The translations under genes and the position numbers were made by a program. This document shows, piece by piece, positions 11,351 to 22,752 of a stretch of DNA of 64,000 nucleotides (position 1 is the first letter of the stretch; each line of letters starts with the position of its first letter). Under the pieces are notes generated by a model that was not told the DNA's origin, ran no database searches, and saw only the letters and a program-made list of their open reading frames with translations. Source of the DNA: Macrostomum hystrix (taxonomy: Eukaryota > Animalia > Platyhelminthes). The stretch is from positions 8,184,001 through 8,248,000 of the forward strand of contig CATNEN010000002.1 in the NCBI GenBank assembly GCA_950097015.1. The letters run 5' to 3'.

Positions 11351-14300
11351 TTAAATCTGTATAGTTCCCAAAAGATTGAATACAGTGATAAGCCTCTGTA
11401 AATAGCCTTGATATCTAGCAGGGGGTCTGACTTGCCTTCTAGTATTGTATGGACGCTCAGATGGCCTCTGTTCATTGTTCTCCTCTTCGCTGTTTTCGTC
11501 TGAGGTGGATGCCTCCTCACTATTGATTGTGGTCTCATTCTCTTCTTCGCTTGCGCCTTCCATGGGCTCTGATTCACTCATTCCAATTTCTACTTCTGCT
11601 CCAATATCGAGTTGCTCACCTTGAATTATACTCTGCTCATGATTATTATTGCAATGCCAATTTATTCTTTCCTCTTCAGATGATGACTCTTCATCGAATG
11701 GTTGTTCCTTATTTCGGGACTGGCTTCCCTTAATTCTTGCTTCTGTCCTAGTCTTTTTCTTGGTGGTCTGCTGGCTTCCCTTATTTTCTATTTCTGCTTT
11801 CTTGTTATTGACAACAGGCTGGCTTCCCTTAACTAATTCCTCTAGTTTTTTTACTGAATTGGGCACGGGTGTCAAATTATCGCGGTGTACTAGCATCAAA
11901 TTTCCTACTAGGATTCCTTCTTCCTCTTTCTGTACCTTGAATACTACTTCAGAAATACATTCTATCACACGATAAGCAGATCTCTGCTTGCGATGGAATT
12001 TATGTGATTCTTCCGTATCTAGCTGTGGATTATTGATTAGAGCTAAACTTCCTAGCAAGATCTCTTTCGGCGGCTTGTTGATTCTGGCCGCTGCTTGTCT
12101 TTGTTCCACGACGGACTCCAATTTCTTCTTCACTATTTTCTGGGCAGTTTCTAATCTTTCTGCGTGTTCAGCGACATAAGATGGATAGCTAGAAAAGGAC
12201 TTAGCTTCTTTGATCTGGGTATCTAATGGCAATACGGCTTCCCTACCGAATAACAGGTAATGAGGGGTGAAGCCTGTTGTTTGATTTACGCTTGTGCGAA
12301 CTGCAACCAATGCAGCTGGAATCATTAAATCCCAATTGTTGTGATCCTTTTCAATTAAACAGGTCACAATGGATTTTATTTGCTTGTTGAACCTCTCTAC
12401 TAAGCCGTTACTTTGGGCATGATATGGGGTGGTGAACGTATGTTTCACATTGTACAAGCTGCAAAACGCCTTAAATTGTCTACTTGCAAACGTTTTCCCA
12501 TTATCAGTGTGAATCCAGTGACATTGACCAAATTCTGTGAATATTCTCTCCTGTAGAATCTTAATGACAGTGTCTGCCTTTTGATTTCTCACGGGGAACG
12601 CAAATGGGTACTTTGTGGTACTATCGATGACCGTAAGTACATAGCGGTGCCCTCTCCGACTTTCCTTTGATATTGGGCCGATCAAATCGCAGTGGAGACG
12701 ATAGAAGGGTTCGCATATAGGGAACGATTGAATTGGGGCCTGGACTCGGTGTCCTCGCTTACTTTCAAGACAATGGATACATTCTGCAATGTACTTTTCG
12801 ATAACTGTGACCAGACCGGGTCTCCAGAATCTCTGCTTGACTTTCTGCACAGTCTTATCTCGTCCTAGATGTCCAGACAATGGGCTCTCATGCAAATCAG
12901 TAAATATTACTTGATCGAGGGCCTTGGGTAAAACAATCTTCCAGTCCTCTTCTTCTTGAATTATCAGCATGCCATTCTCGATCGACATTTTCTCATAGGC
13001 TTTGCTCATCTGCCTGATCTCACTACTGGAATGATCTGTTATCTGGGGATCACTACACTTTTTCTTCCAATCAATGAGGGTACTAATCGTAGGATCTTCC
13101 TGCTGAGCTTTAATTAATTGTTCGTGCTTCAGGGGCATGGGTAGATAATCTGTTAATAACTTTTCACACTTGCCATTGATTTCTTGCAGTGTTTCATTTC
13201 GCTGTGGGGGATTGAATTCTTTGGCGGCCGGATTCAATAGCATTACGCTGACATCCTGAGGTCCTTCCTGAATTCTTTCCTTCTCTAATCCTGAAACTGT
13301 AGACGGGATCCTAATATTGGGATCAATTGTCATTGTCTCTCCTTCGAATGGCAAAACAGTCTGTGGCTTGGTCAAGCTAAGGGAGCTATCATTGGCCATT
13401 TCCTGTTCGGGTTTCTCATTCATACTGCTGTTCTTCAATGACTGCTCTATGACTGGGATACCTTCGGGGACTTCGGCTGGTCTTCGGGATAGGCTGTCGG
13501 CGTTTTGATTTTTCGCACCGCTTCTGTGTTCAATATCGAACTTGAATTCGTTTAGGCGCTCAATCCACCTGCCTAGTATACCTTGTGCTTCAGTCTGCCT
13601 AAGTAACCAGATAATAGCTTGATGATCGGTTCTGGCTAGAAACTTCTTGCCTAATAGATAAAATCTAAAATGTTTCATTGCATCGACTAGTGCTAATAAT
13701 TCCTTCCTAGTGATGGGGTAACGCTTTTCCGATTCTTTCATTGCGCGGCTGAAGTAAGCTAACGGCCGTTCTACACCATCGGACTGAATTTGACTTAAGA
13801 CTGCGCCGATTCTATCATCACTAGCGTCTGTATCCAACACCATTTTCACACTTTCATCATCGATAAATTCGGGATAGGCTAGCACTTCTGTGGACATCAT
13901 ACGGGTTTTAAGTGATTCAAAAGCCTGATCATGGATCTCACTCCATTTCTCCTTAAAGTTCTGAACTCCCTTTCGAGTCAGTTGAAATAATGGGTGGGCT
14001 GCTTCCGCATAATTTTTAATAAAGCGACTATAATAATTGCACAATCCTAAAAAACTTCGTAACTCTTTGGCATCTTTTGGCTTTGGCCATGTCTTGATTG
14101 CTTCGATTTTATCTTCATCGGTGCGAATGCCTTCTATGCCTATAATATGGCCTAGGTATTTTAATTCCTTGTGAAATAAATTGCATTTCTTCGGTCTAAG
14201 TTTCAAACCTGCAGTGATTAACCGTTGAAATACTTCCTTAAGATGGGCCAAATGGTCATTAAAGTTCTTTGAATAAGTAACAATGTCATCAATATACGAC

Positions 14301-16126
14301 ATTGCGAATTTATGTTGGATTCCTAAAAGTACAAGGTTCATTAGTCTTTGGAACGTTCCGGGAGCATTTGATAAGCCTTGGGCCATGACCTCATATTGAA
14401 ATTGGCCTCTTGTCAGGGTGGAAAAAGCTGTCATATGCTTATGCTCTTCTTTTATTGGCACTTGCCAATAACCGGAATTTAGATCTAGACTACTAAAATA
14501 CTGACTTCCTGTAAGATAAGAGAATGTCTGATGAATATTAGGTAATGGGTAGGGTACATAATCGACTTTAGAATTCAATACTCGGAAATCACTAACGATC
14601 CTGATAGAACCATCTTTCTTCGGAACAATCACTAATGGAGTACTATAAGTAGAATAACATGGTCTGATTAGGTTCTTAGCTAACATATCATCTAATTGTA
14701 AGTCGACTTGTTTTTGTAAATGAGGTGGAATTCGTCTGGTCGGAATTCTTACAGGTGTTTCGTCATTCAAAGATATCTCATGGGTAATGAGGTGGGTCAA
14801 TCCCATGTCTAGATCATTCTGTGAAAAGGCATTTCGATGCTCTTTAATCAATTCGATGACCGACTGTTTCTGCTCACTGGAGAGTTCTGACCCGATTCTG
14901 ATCTCCTCAATCCAGGCATCTTCCACAGTTTGGGTTTGGTTGACTTTTCCGGCTGACTCAGGATCGGCTTGACTGACTGATTTAAAATAGGCTAAATCAC
15001 TGGCTTTCACCGGTTTTGCCAATCCTACTAAAGTGGACTTGGTCAGTTTCACGTCTACTGGATGATGATTCACAATTTCCACTACGGCCGTGCCATCTCT
15101 CATAGTGACTAAAGTTGGCATCATTTCCAACATCATTTCTTGAGTCTTCACTCCTTCTCCAATGGTTTCTACTGTCATAGGAGTTCCGTGGTTGCACTCA
15201 GCATTCTTAGCTAGTCTAACTGGGACTCGCAATGCACTATTAGCTGGGATCACGGTTTTCTCCTGGGTGTACACTCGACAGACTTTTACTGGCAAATGGG
15301 TGAATTGCATTGGGATTCGTGATCCTTCTTTCAGAATGAGCATTCCTTGGGCTAAGCTTATGCTATCACAGCATTCAAGGAAAAACTCCATGCCAAGGAT
15401 ATTGTCACACTCATGACTGCATAGCAAAAAGTCAATTTCGGCTTCTATATCACCAAATTTCACAGTGAGACAACTTTCTCCTTCTAGCTGAACTCGGGTT
15501 CCGTCAAAGGTGGAAATTCGCTTATTCGTACTTTTAATTTGGTCGGACTTTACTAATTTGGTCCAGACTGATTTACTTAGGAAACTATTTCTAGCTCCAG
15601 TATCCAAGATAAACTTAACATCTTGCTTTTTAATGGTTCCTATAACGACTGCTTCATAACCTTCTGGCTTTACTAACTCTACTTTAGCATTAGAAGCAAA
15701 AATTTTAGATTGTCTCTCACGTGTCCTTTGACTCTTGATTAGCTTCTTCCTGGCGGACTTCTGTGCTGGCGTGTCGTCTGCTGATTCTCCGGAATCTGAG
15801 TCTGTCTCATCGCTGGGTGCTGACACTGTGGATGCTGACATAACTGTTGGTACACTGGATGCTGACATAACTGATGCTGACGCGAATGGTGCTGATACGA
15901 CTGGTGCTGACGCGAATGGTGCTGACACAACTGGTGCTGACGCAAATGGTGCTGGTAAATAACGAGCGGGTGCTGAAGCGTTCCGTGCATTACGCCATTT
16001 AGATTGGGAATAATAAATTTGAGTTTTGACAACTGGGTGTTGTCCATTCAAGGAGGCCTGGTATTCGAACAAGGTTCTTCTGGAGGGGCGTGGCCTCTGC
16101 TTCCGTCCCTCGAATCTCAGTTTCCC
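11351..16126 (-). CDS. pol: Gypsy Pol polyprotein (protease, RT, RNase H, integrase), probably via -1 frameshift
   Basis: LDTGA protease; YIDD RT; DTDASD RNase H; HHCC zinc finger plus D-D-E integrase (LHCDLIGP, IHTDNG, NGLVERFN). The frame stays open back to the slippery site. Confidence 0.97.
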   Translation of the reverse strand, partial: GKLRFEGRKQRPRPSRRTLFEYQASLNGQHPVVKTQIYYSQSKWRNARNASAPARYLPAPFASAPVVSAPFASAPVVSAPFASASVMSASSVPTVMSASTVSAPSDETDSDSGESADDTPAQKSARKKLIKSQRTRERQSKIFASNAKVELVKPEGYEAVVIGTIKKQDVKFILDTGARNSFLSKSVWTKLVKSDQIKSTNKRISTFDGTRVQLEGESCLTVKFGDIEAEIDFLLCSHECDNILGMEFFLECCDSISLAQGMLILKEGSRIPMQFTHLPVKVCRVYTQEKTVIPANSALRVPVRLAKNAECNHGTPMTVETIGEGVKTQEMMLEMMPTLVTMRDGTAVVEIVNHHPVDVKLTKSTLVGLAKPVKASDLAYFKSVSQADPESAGKVNQTQTVEDAWIEEIRIGSELSSEQKQSVIELIKEHRNAFSQNDLDMGLTHLITHEISLNDETPVRIPTRRIPPHLQKQVDLQLDDMLAKNLIRPCYSTYSTPLVIVPKKDGSIRIVSDFRVLNSKVDYVPYPLPNIHQTFSYLTGSQYFSSLDLNSGYWQVPIKEEHKHMTAFSTLTRGQFQYEVMAQGLSNAPGTFQRLMNLVLLGIQHKFAMSYIDDIVTYSKNFNDHLAHLKEVFQRLITAGLKLRPKKCNLFHKELKYLGHIIGIEGIRTDEDKIEAIKTWPKPKDAKELRSFLGLCNYYSRFIKNYAEAAHPLFQLTRKGVQNFKEKWSEIHDQAFESLKTRMMSTEVLAYPEFIDDESVKMVLDTDASDDRIGAVLSQIQSDGVERPLAYFSRAMKESEKRYPITRKELLALVDAMKHFRFYLLGKKFLARTDHQAIIWLLRQTEAQGILGRWIERLNEFKFDIEHRSGAKNQNADSLSRRPAEVPEGIPVIEQSLKNSSMNEKPEQEMANDSSLSLTKPQTVLPFEGETMTIDPNIRIPSTVSGLEKERIQEGPQDVSVMLLNPAAKEFNPPQRNETLQEINGKCEKLLTDYLPMPLKHEQLIKAQQEDPTISTLIDWKKKCSDPQITDHSSSEIRQMSKAYEKMSIENGMLIIQEEEDWKIVLPKALDQVIFTDLHESPLSGHLGRDKTVQKVKQRFWRPGLVTVIEKYIAECIHCLESKRGHRVQAPIQSFPICEPFYRLHCDLIGPISKESRRGHRYVLTVIDSTTKYPFAFPVRNQKADTVIKILQERIFTEFGQCHWIHTDNGKTFASRQFKAFCSLYNVKHTFTTPYHAQSNGLVERFNKQIKSIVTCLIEKDHNNWDLMIPAALVAVRTSVNQTTGFTPHYLLFGREAVLPLDTQIKEAKSFSSYPSYVAEHAERLETAQKIVKKKLESVVEQRQAAARINKPPKEILLGSLALINNPQLDTEESHKFHRKQRSAYRVIECISEVVFKVQKEEEGILVGNLMLVHRDNLTPVPNSVKKLEELVKGSQPVVNNKKAEIENKGSQQTTKKKTRTEARIKGSQSRNKEQPFDEESSSEEERINWHCNNNHEQSIIQGEQLDIGAEVEIGMSESEPMEGASEEENETTINSEEASTSDENSEEENNEQRPSERPYNTRRQVRPPARYQGYLQRLITVFNLLGTIQI
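16053..16126 (-). promoter_or_regulatory. -1 ribosomal frameshift signal: G GGA AAC heptamer plus predicted H-type pseudoknot
   Basis: Heptamer at 16120-16126 abuts the gag TGA. Stem 1 is GAGGG/CCCTC; stem 2 is loop GAGGCC paired with downstream GGCCTC. Confidence 0.7.
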
Positions 16127-17049
16127 TGCTGATTGAACTGTGGTCTGTATGGGAATCGATTTTGACCGTGTTGGGGCCTGGCAGAGGAATACCTTCCTTG
16201 GTAGTTCTGCTGCGGTCTCTGACCATAGGGGGCCTGTGGTCTATACCGATTTGGTTGGTAGGGCTGCTGAAAGCGCGCTTGCTGCTGCATAAGCGGCTGG
16301 GGCGGCTGATACTGCCTTTGATTTTCTGCTCTCCTTTTCTCCTCAATCAAATTCTGAATTAGTTGCTTCTGCTTACTAATCTCCTGTTTCTGCTGCTGGA
16401 TCACTTCCTCTAACTTGTCCTGCTGACTCTCGCTTTCTTCTCCCTTCACCATTCTGACTCCACTCTTATGGGATAGGTGCCATGCGGCTTCAATCCTACG
16501 CAACATCCGTCTTGCTTCTTGCAGGGTCGCGGGCTGTGCAAATATCAACTTCTCTCTTGTCTCAGATGGGATCCTAGTTCCTTTTAGAAACTGTTCCACA
16601 ACTTCCTCCTCTCTTTGCTCCGCGTTCATGTTAGGGAATGCCCTTGTTGCTAGCTCAATGAGGGCGTCGGCAAACATGTCTGTTGGCTCATTACGTCCTT
16701 GCATTCTTCCGCGAAACTCCTCTCTAAATTCGGATGCGCTTCCTATTCTTCCAAATCGCTCTATCAGTCTCTCCCTAAACTCCTCATAGGTTAGATCGTC
16801 GGGTAGATTTAGTCGTTGGACTGCAGCGAAAGCTGTTGCTAGATCAAGGTTGGCTAAGAGCTCATTCTTTCTGTGCTCGTCCTGATTTAAACCTTCAGTA
16901 TCGCACCTTTGGTCAAATGCAGTTAGCCAAATTCTAATGTCTTGACTTGGAGTGTACTTTTGGATCTTAATATGCCTCATTGGCCCTAGTTCAAGTCTAT
17001 TTCTTAGCTCTTCGGCTAACAATCCGATAGCGTCATTTATTCCTGCCAT
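16117..17049 (-). CDS. gag: Gypsy Gag, 310 aa, no CCHC knuckle
   Basis: First ORF after the PBS; capsid-like motifs (WLTAFD, EFRGRMQG, EQFLKG), a coiled coil and a Q/P/R/Y-rich tail. Confidence 0.9.
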   Translation of the reverse strand: MAGINDAIGLLAEELRNRLELGPMRHIKIQKYTPSQDIRIWLTAFDQRCDTEGLNQDEHRKNELLANLDLATAFAAVQRLNLPDDLTYEEFRERLIERFGRIGSASEFREEFRGRMQGRNEPTDMFADALIELATRAFPNMNAEQREEEVVEQFLKGTRIPSETREKLIFAQPATLQEARRMLRRIEAAWHLSHKSGVRMVKGEESESQQDKLEEVIQQQKQEISKQKQLIQNLIEEKRRAENQRQYQPPQPLMQQQARFQQPYQPNRYRPQAPYGQRPQQNYQGRYSSARPQHGQNRFPYRPQFNQQGN

Positions 17050-17087
17050 TACGGTCGGTCTGTTTGTGTGTTTGACTGAATTCTAAT

Positions 17088-17105
17088 CCTTCACCGCTGC
17101 TACCA
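17088..17105 (-). other. Primer-binding site, tRNA-Leu-like
   Basis: Minus strand TGGTAGCAGCGGTGAAGG lies 3 nt from the 5' LTR and resembles the complement of eukaryotic tRNA-Leu 3' ends. The tRNA identity is from memory. Confidence 0.7.
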
Positions 17106-17108
17106 AGT

Positions 17109-17727
17109 TGTTGTAGGGCCCTCTTATCTTTTTGCTTTTCCTCTATTAATCTCTAATTACTTAAGGTTTAGTTTGTAAATTTTTGGTAGGATTATCTTAA
17201 CTATGGGTTTATGTATTCATAAATGACTTCTAAGTATCAGCTTTTGAAAGGAAAGACCTCTTGTTGTCTGTTATATCTATAGGTAGCGATTTACGTGTGT
17301 CCGAGCGGCAAGACACTTAATTAATACTGGTCATAACGCACAAACTTTATTGATAAATTTGCTACAATACGTACTGATTTGAGTTTTCCAGTCCTAATCA
17401 GGTTACCAATGGACTAGAGTTGCCCAGTCAATTACACAATTTGAATAACTCCTGGCTTTTAGTTCTATTACAGCTTGGCTTTATCTCAATAGGAAGGTAT
17501 GAAATGAGTAAGACACTTTTAACGATAATATGTAAAACACTGTTTAACTCGCGAGTGAGCGCGGAACTCAGGTTGTCTTTCTCCTCAAATTCCCTCTATA
17601 TTTATAGGATCACATTGGGGTGGCGTACCCCACTAAAACACGGAACCATTTAAACAAAAGTTATACGGTAACATTATTTCGCGCCAATTTGACTTTAAAA
17701 TGTTTTGATAATTATTACGCTGCCTCA
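17109..17727 (-). repeat. Gypsy 5' LTR (619 bp)
   Basis: Copy of 8738-9356. Confidence 0.97.
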
Positions 17728-18437
17728 GTTTGATTTATTGTGGTATTTAGTATTTTTGTGCGGTTAATATTAGCAGTGGCAGCTTCAATGTTGCATATTG
17801 AAGTAGTGAACTATTTTGAACATCGTTATACCCTAATTAATATATTGATTATTCTGAGAGTAGTATTGTCTTTTATGCGCACGTACTGTATGTACTGTAT
17901 ATATCATGTTAATTAAAAAATGTCTGTATGTATGCATTTTTTAATACAGACAAATTAATAATAGCTTTGATTATAACTTTTAGAAGTATTATTTTACATG
18001 TACCACTTAAAATTGGTTAATTAATTGCATGTAATTTTTTGTATAATTTATATATCAGAGTGTAATTCTTCACATATTAGAACTAGAACTTTAATGCACA
18101 AATCATTTACATTAGCTTTTATTAATTATATGCATCCAAGAAAATTTTACTCAAATAAATGATATAATATTACTAAAAAATGTTTTCTGAAGCTTAAGGA
18201 AATGTTTATTAAAGATGGTTAGGATACTTGTACATTACTTGTACTTGTACATTATGTGAAGTCTGTTTAAGAAAATGCTACATAAGTACAAAAAATAAGT
18301 GAAAAAATCACTTTTTGTAATTTTCATTCGAAAACTCATGCATACACGTAGTCTTTAATTTAAGTCAACCAGCATTACCAATCAATGCCATCATTTATAG
18401 GTTAATAATATAATATTGCTAACGCATTAAACTCAAT

Positions 18438-19827
18438 TTGCTGATGGAGCTATTAACTCAGAGAGGTCAAACAAAGCTGGAGCACAACGGCCATTACTAT
18501 GTTAAAGAAAGAGATCTGCAGGAGCCTGGGCAGTCATCGTGGACTTGCGATTTCCGGAAGCGATTACATTGTCGTGGTCGGATTCGTGTTACTAATGGTG
18601 AGCCCATTCAGATCATAACGGAACACAACCATGCTCCACAAATCATTCGAAGGGAAACTTTGGAGGCTGTGCAGAGAGTCAGGGACAGAGCAACTGGTAC
18701 TGCAGAATCAACGAGGCAGGTCGTTGCTGCTGCCACTGCTAACATGTCAAATGAATCTGCCGCTCTGTTACCATCTCAAAGGAGTCTGGATCGAACTGTT
18801 CAGCGCCAGAGAAACGCGCACAACAATATACAGCCACAGCCGGCTAATTTAATTGAATTAACATTCCTGCCAAGGAACACCCTGCTTGATAATGGCGAGG
18901 TGTTCCTGATTATAGATACAGGACCCGGAAACGATAGAATTGTCGCCTTTGCAACACAGGCAAACCTACAACTACTTCAACGAGCAGCAGAGCTTTTCGT
19001 TGATGGAACTTTTAAAACGGCGCCTGAACCTTTTACTCAGGTGTACTCAATTCACGGAAAGGTTCTAGGAAAAGTGCTTCCACTTGTTTTTGCTTGATTG
19101 CCAAATAAAAACCGTCGAACATATGACCGCCTATTTGTGGAACTAAAGAGGCTGCTGCCGAACTTGAACCCCCCTAGAATAATGCTGGATTTTGAAGCTG
19201 CTGCCATTGGAGCTTTAAGGGGAGCAGCTCAGTGGCTGTTTCTTTCATGCTTGCCAGTCCGTTTGGCGTAAAGTTCAGAGCTCAGGACTGGCACGATTAT
19301 ACGAGCAGGATACTAACTTCGCCTTGTCAGTTCGCTGCATACCTGCTATCGCACTCGTTAGGGTGAATGATGTCGAAAGAGCTTTCATAGAGCTATGTGG
19401 CAATCCGAACTTTCCTCAGCAAGCTTTAGCAATTGCCGACTATTGGGAAGACAACTATATCGGTCGACCTGGGTTTGCCGGTGGAGCACGTCGAGCGCCA
19501 CTCTTCCCACACGCGTTCTGGAATGTTCATGAAAGAACGATTGGGGATCTGGAAAGGACTAACAATCATGTGGAGGGTTGGCACAGGGCCTTCCAAACGA
19601 TGATTGTAGGTCATTCACCAAATATTTTTAAGTTTCTCGAGGTTCTGAAACAAGAACAATCACGCAACAACAACGCTGTTCAATAATTAGTAGCTGGTCA
19701 AGCACCTCCAGCTCGCCGAAGAGCCTATGTCGATTTAGATCGCCGAATTCACCAAATACTTGATGATTACGACAACAGAACCTTACCCGAGATTCTACGA
19801 GGCATTGCGTACAATTTCAATTTTTAA
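18438..19827 (+). pseudogene. MULE transposase with N-terminal FLYWCH domain, inactivated
   Basis: WTCDFRKRLHCRGRI...HNH (FLYWCH); LFVDGTFK, IMLDFE, GCFFH...QSVWRK and TNNHVEGWH motifs. In-frame stops at 19095-19097 and 19684-19686, and a frameshift near 19225. Confidence 0.92.
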
Positions 19828-20591
19828 GTTAATTAACTTTTAACATATTCCACATGCTAAAGGACTATCTATTGACTTTCTCAATAGACATGCATTCTTA
19901 AAGTGAGTGTAATATGAGCCGTAATAGTGCAGTGTGTGATGTGGGTGATTAATTAATTACATACAATTACTAGTATTATTACATTTTGCTGTATGGCGTG
20001 TGTGTTTTTATGACGTCTTATATTAGTAATAATAAATTCAATACGCTAAGACAATTGTCCTGTTTTGGTATTTTATTGCTATGCATGGTGTTTAAAGTAC
20101 GAGTAATAATAGTTTTTGTGATAATAATGATTTGAATTAATAGTGATTTGTAATAATAAACATACAAATAATATTTTATTCCATGTATGTTAAATGCGTT
20201 AATGCACACTGAACCAACTCTGACTTAGTGAGGAAAATAGAAGCAGTACGTAGTATAAAATGATTGACTGATTGACTTGTAGTGCACTTGTAAATTTGCA
20301 AGTGGTACTTGAAAGTTAATATTGATTTAGATATACTATAGATTTACTATACAGTTATGTTAAATATATATATACATAGAAAAAAAATGCTTTTACGATT
20401 CTACACGTTGTGTTGGTTTACGCATAAATCTAATAAGGATGTATCAAATAGCTTTAAAATTAACAAAATCAATAATAGTCGCGCATTGTAGTAAATGTGT
20501 CTATAAATTTATTTATTGTGCTCTGAGTTTTAATAATAAATAAATAAGGACGCAATCCAATCCTAAGGTTGATGTGTTTCTTACGAGTAAA

Positions 20592-22752
20592 TAACTACTA
20601 AAAATTCACTTGTTTCACTAATCGCCTGTCCTTTGTGCCTTTGTACGTTTTTAACATTAAAAAAGGAAGCAGCAATAAATCAATGCCATAAAGTACCATT
20701 TAATACTTATAGAGAAAAGGTATAATTCACTGCCACCTACTATACATGTAAACGTCATTAACGAAATGCAGGCAATTGTCGCGCAGGCAGTTGTCGCCGC
20801 AGGCAGTTTTCGCTGCAGGCAGTTGTCGCGCAGGCAGTTGTCGCGCAGGCAGTTGTCGCGCAGGCAGTTGTTGTGCAGGCAGTTGTCGCGCAGGCAGTTG
20901 TCGTGCAGGCAGTTGTCGCGCAGGCAGTCGTCGCCGCAGGCAGTTTTCGCTGCAGGCAGTTGTCGTGCAGGCAGTTGTCGCTGCAGGCAGTTGTCGTGCA
21001 GGCAGTTGTCGTGCAGGCAGTTGTGTGTGTGTGTGTTGGTTCAGATCCCTCGCTAGGCATACGGGGGGCGCGCCAGCGCGCCCGACGCCTCGACGAAGGC
21101 CCGCACCCCTTCTGGGTCGTTCTGCAGTGGGGACATAGAGCCGTTGATAGCCTCTGGGATGTGAAGCCGGCGCTCCTCCGCCCACCTGGGGCAGTCTAAC
21201 AGGAAATGCCGGGTGTCTTCTTCGGGGGCATTGCAGTGCGGGCAGGCAGCGGTTGGGTCGCGGCCCCAACGATGCCGGGTGGCCTGCAGGAAGGGCGCCC
21301 GGTTGGCCCGAGGCTGGTACAGCGCCACCTCGGCCGTCCGCGGCCAGCCTGGCCGGTGGATGAACTGCGCTCCGCCGCAGAGCCTGTGGGGGTGGTCCGC
21401 CGGAACCAGCTGATTATACTCAGCCAATTCGGCCGCTCGTCCCTGGCGACGGAGGGCGGCCCTGGCGGCCGACACGGGGACTGGCTGGGGGTCTTGCTGC
21501 ATGGCGGACCCTCTCCGGGCCAGCTCATCGGCGGCCTCGTTAAGCGCATGCATGCAGGCAGTTGTCGCGCAGGCAGTTGTCGTGCAGGCAGTTGTCGCGC
21601 AGGCAGTTGTCGCGCAGGCAGTTGTCGCGCAGGCAGTTGTCGTGCAGGCAGTTGTCGCGCAGGCAGTTGTCGTGCAGGCAGTTGTCGCGCAGGCAGTTGT
21701 CGCGCAGGCAGTTGTCGCGCAGGCAGTTGTCGCGCAGGCAGTTGTCGCGCAGGCAGTTGTCGCGCAGGCAGTTGTCGCGCAGGCAGTTGTCGCGCAGGCA
21801 GTTGTCGCGCAGGCAGTTGTCGCGCAGGCAGTTGTCGCGCAGGCAGTTGTCGCGCAGGCAGTTGTCGCGCAGGCAGTTGTCGCGCAGGCAGTTGTCGCGC
21901 AGGCAGTTGTCGCGCAGGCAGTTGTCGCGCAGTCAGTTGTCGCGCAGGCAGTTGTCGCGCAGGCAGTTGTCGCGCAGGCAGTTGTCGCGCAGGCAGTTGT
22001 CGCGCAGTCAGTTGTCGCGCAGGCAGTTGTCGCGCAGGCAGTTGTCGCGCAGGCAGTTGTCGCGCAGGCAGTTGTGCGCAGGCAGTTGTGCGCAGGCAGT
22101 TGTGCGCAGGCAGTTGTCGCGAAGGCAGTTGTCGCGCAGTCAGTTGTCGCGCAGGCAGTTGTCGCGCAGTCAGTTGTCGCGCAGTCAGTTGTCGCGCAGT
22201 CAGTTGTCGCGCAGTCAGTTGTCGCGCAGTCAGTTGTCGCGCAGGCAGTTGTCGCGCAGTCAGTTGTCGCGCAGTCAGTTGTCGCGCAGTCAGTTGTCGC
22301 GTAGTCAGTTGTCGCGCAGGCAGTCTTCGCGCAGTCAGTTGTCGCGCAGGCAGTTGTGCGCAGGCAGTTGTGCGCAGGCAGTTGTGCGCAGGCAGTTGTC
22401 GCGCAGGCAGTTGTCGCGCAGGCAGTTGTCGTGCAGGCAGTTGTCGCGCAGGCAGTTGTCGCGCAGGCAGTTGTCGCGCAGGCAGTTGTCGTGCAGGCAG
22501 TTGTCGCGCAGGCAGTTGTCGCGCAGGCAGTTGTCGTGCAGGCAGTTGTCGCGCAGGCAGTTGTCGCGCAGGCAGTTGTCGCGCAGGCAGTTGTCGCGCA
22601 GGCAGTTGTCGCGCAGGCAGTTGTCGCGCAGTCAGTTGTCGCGCAGGCAGTTGTCGTGCAGGCAGTTGTCGCGCAGGCAGTTGTCGCGCAGGCAGTTGTC
22701 GCGCAGGCAGTTGTCGCGCAGTCAGTTGTGCGCAGGCAATTGTCGTGCTACC
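20592..22752 (-). repeat. MULE right TIR with a large expansion of the 15-bp unit (GCAGGCAGTTGTCGC)n
   Basis: Reverse complement of the left TIR, with about 80 units at 21553-22745 and a further block at 20765-21024. Confidence 0.9.
21025..21552 (-). mobile_element. 5'-truncated non-LTR retrotransposon 3' end with (CA)n tail
   Basis: CPHC...EEDTRHFLLDCP zinc knuckle typical of LINE ORF2 C-termini; stop followed by an AC-repeat tail; candidate TSD TGCAGGCAGTTGT (ambiguous inside the repeat). Confidence 0.8.

Larger units (their letters stand above)
8738..17727 (-). mobile_element. Full-length Ty3/Gypsy LTR retrotransposon with three ORFs
   Basis: Two 619-bp TG...CA LTRs; 4-bp TSD GTTT (8734-8737 and 17728-17731); gag; PR-RT-RH-INT pol order; PBS; uninterrupted ORFs. 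Confidence 0.97.
8075..22752 (+). mobile_element. Mutator-like (MULE) DNA transposon, defective, carrying nested Gypsy and LINE insertions
   Basis: Inverted termini GGTAGCACGACAATTGCCTGCGC (8075) and its reverse complement ending at 22752; long TIRs; FLYWCH + MULE transposase at 18438-19827. No matching target-site duplication. Confidence 0.85.
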
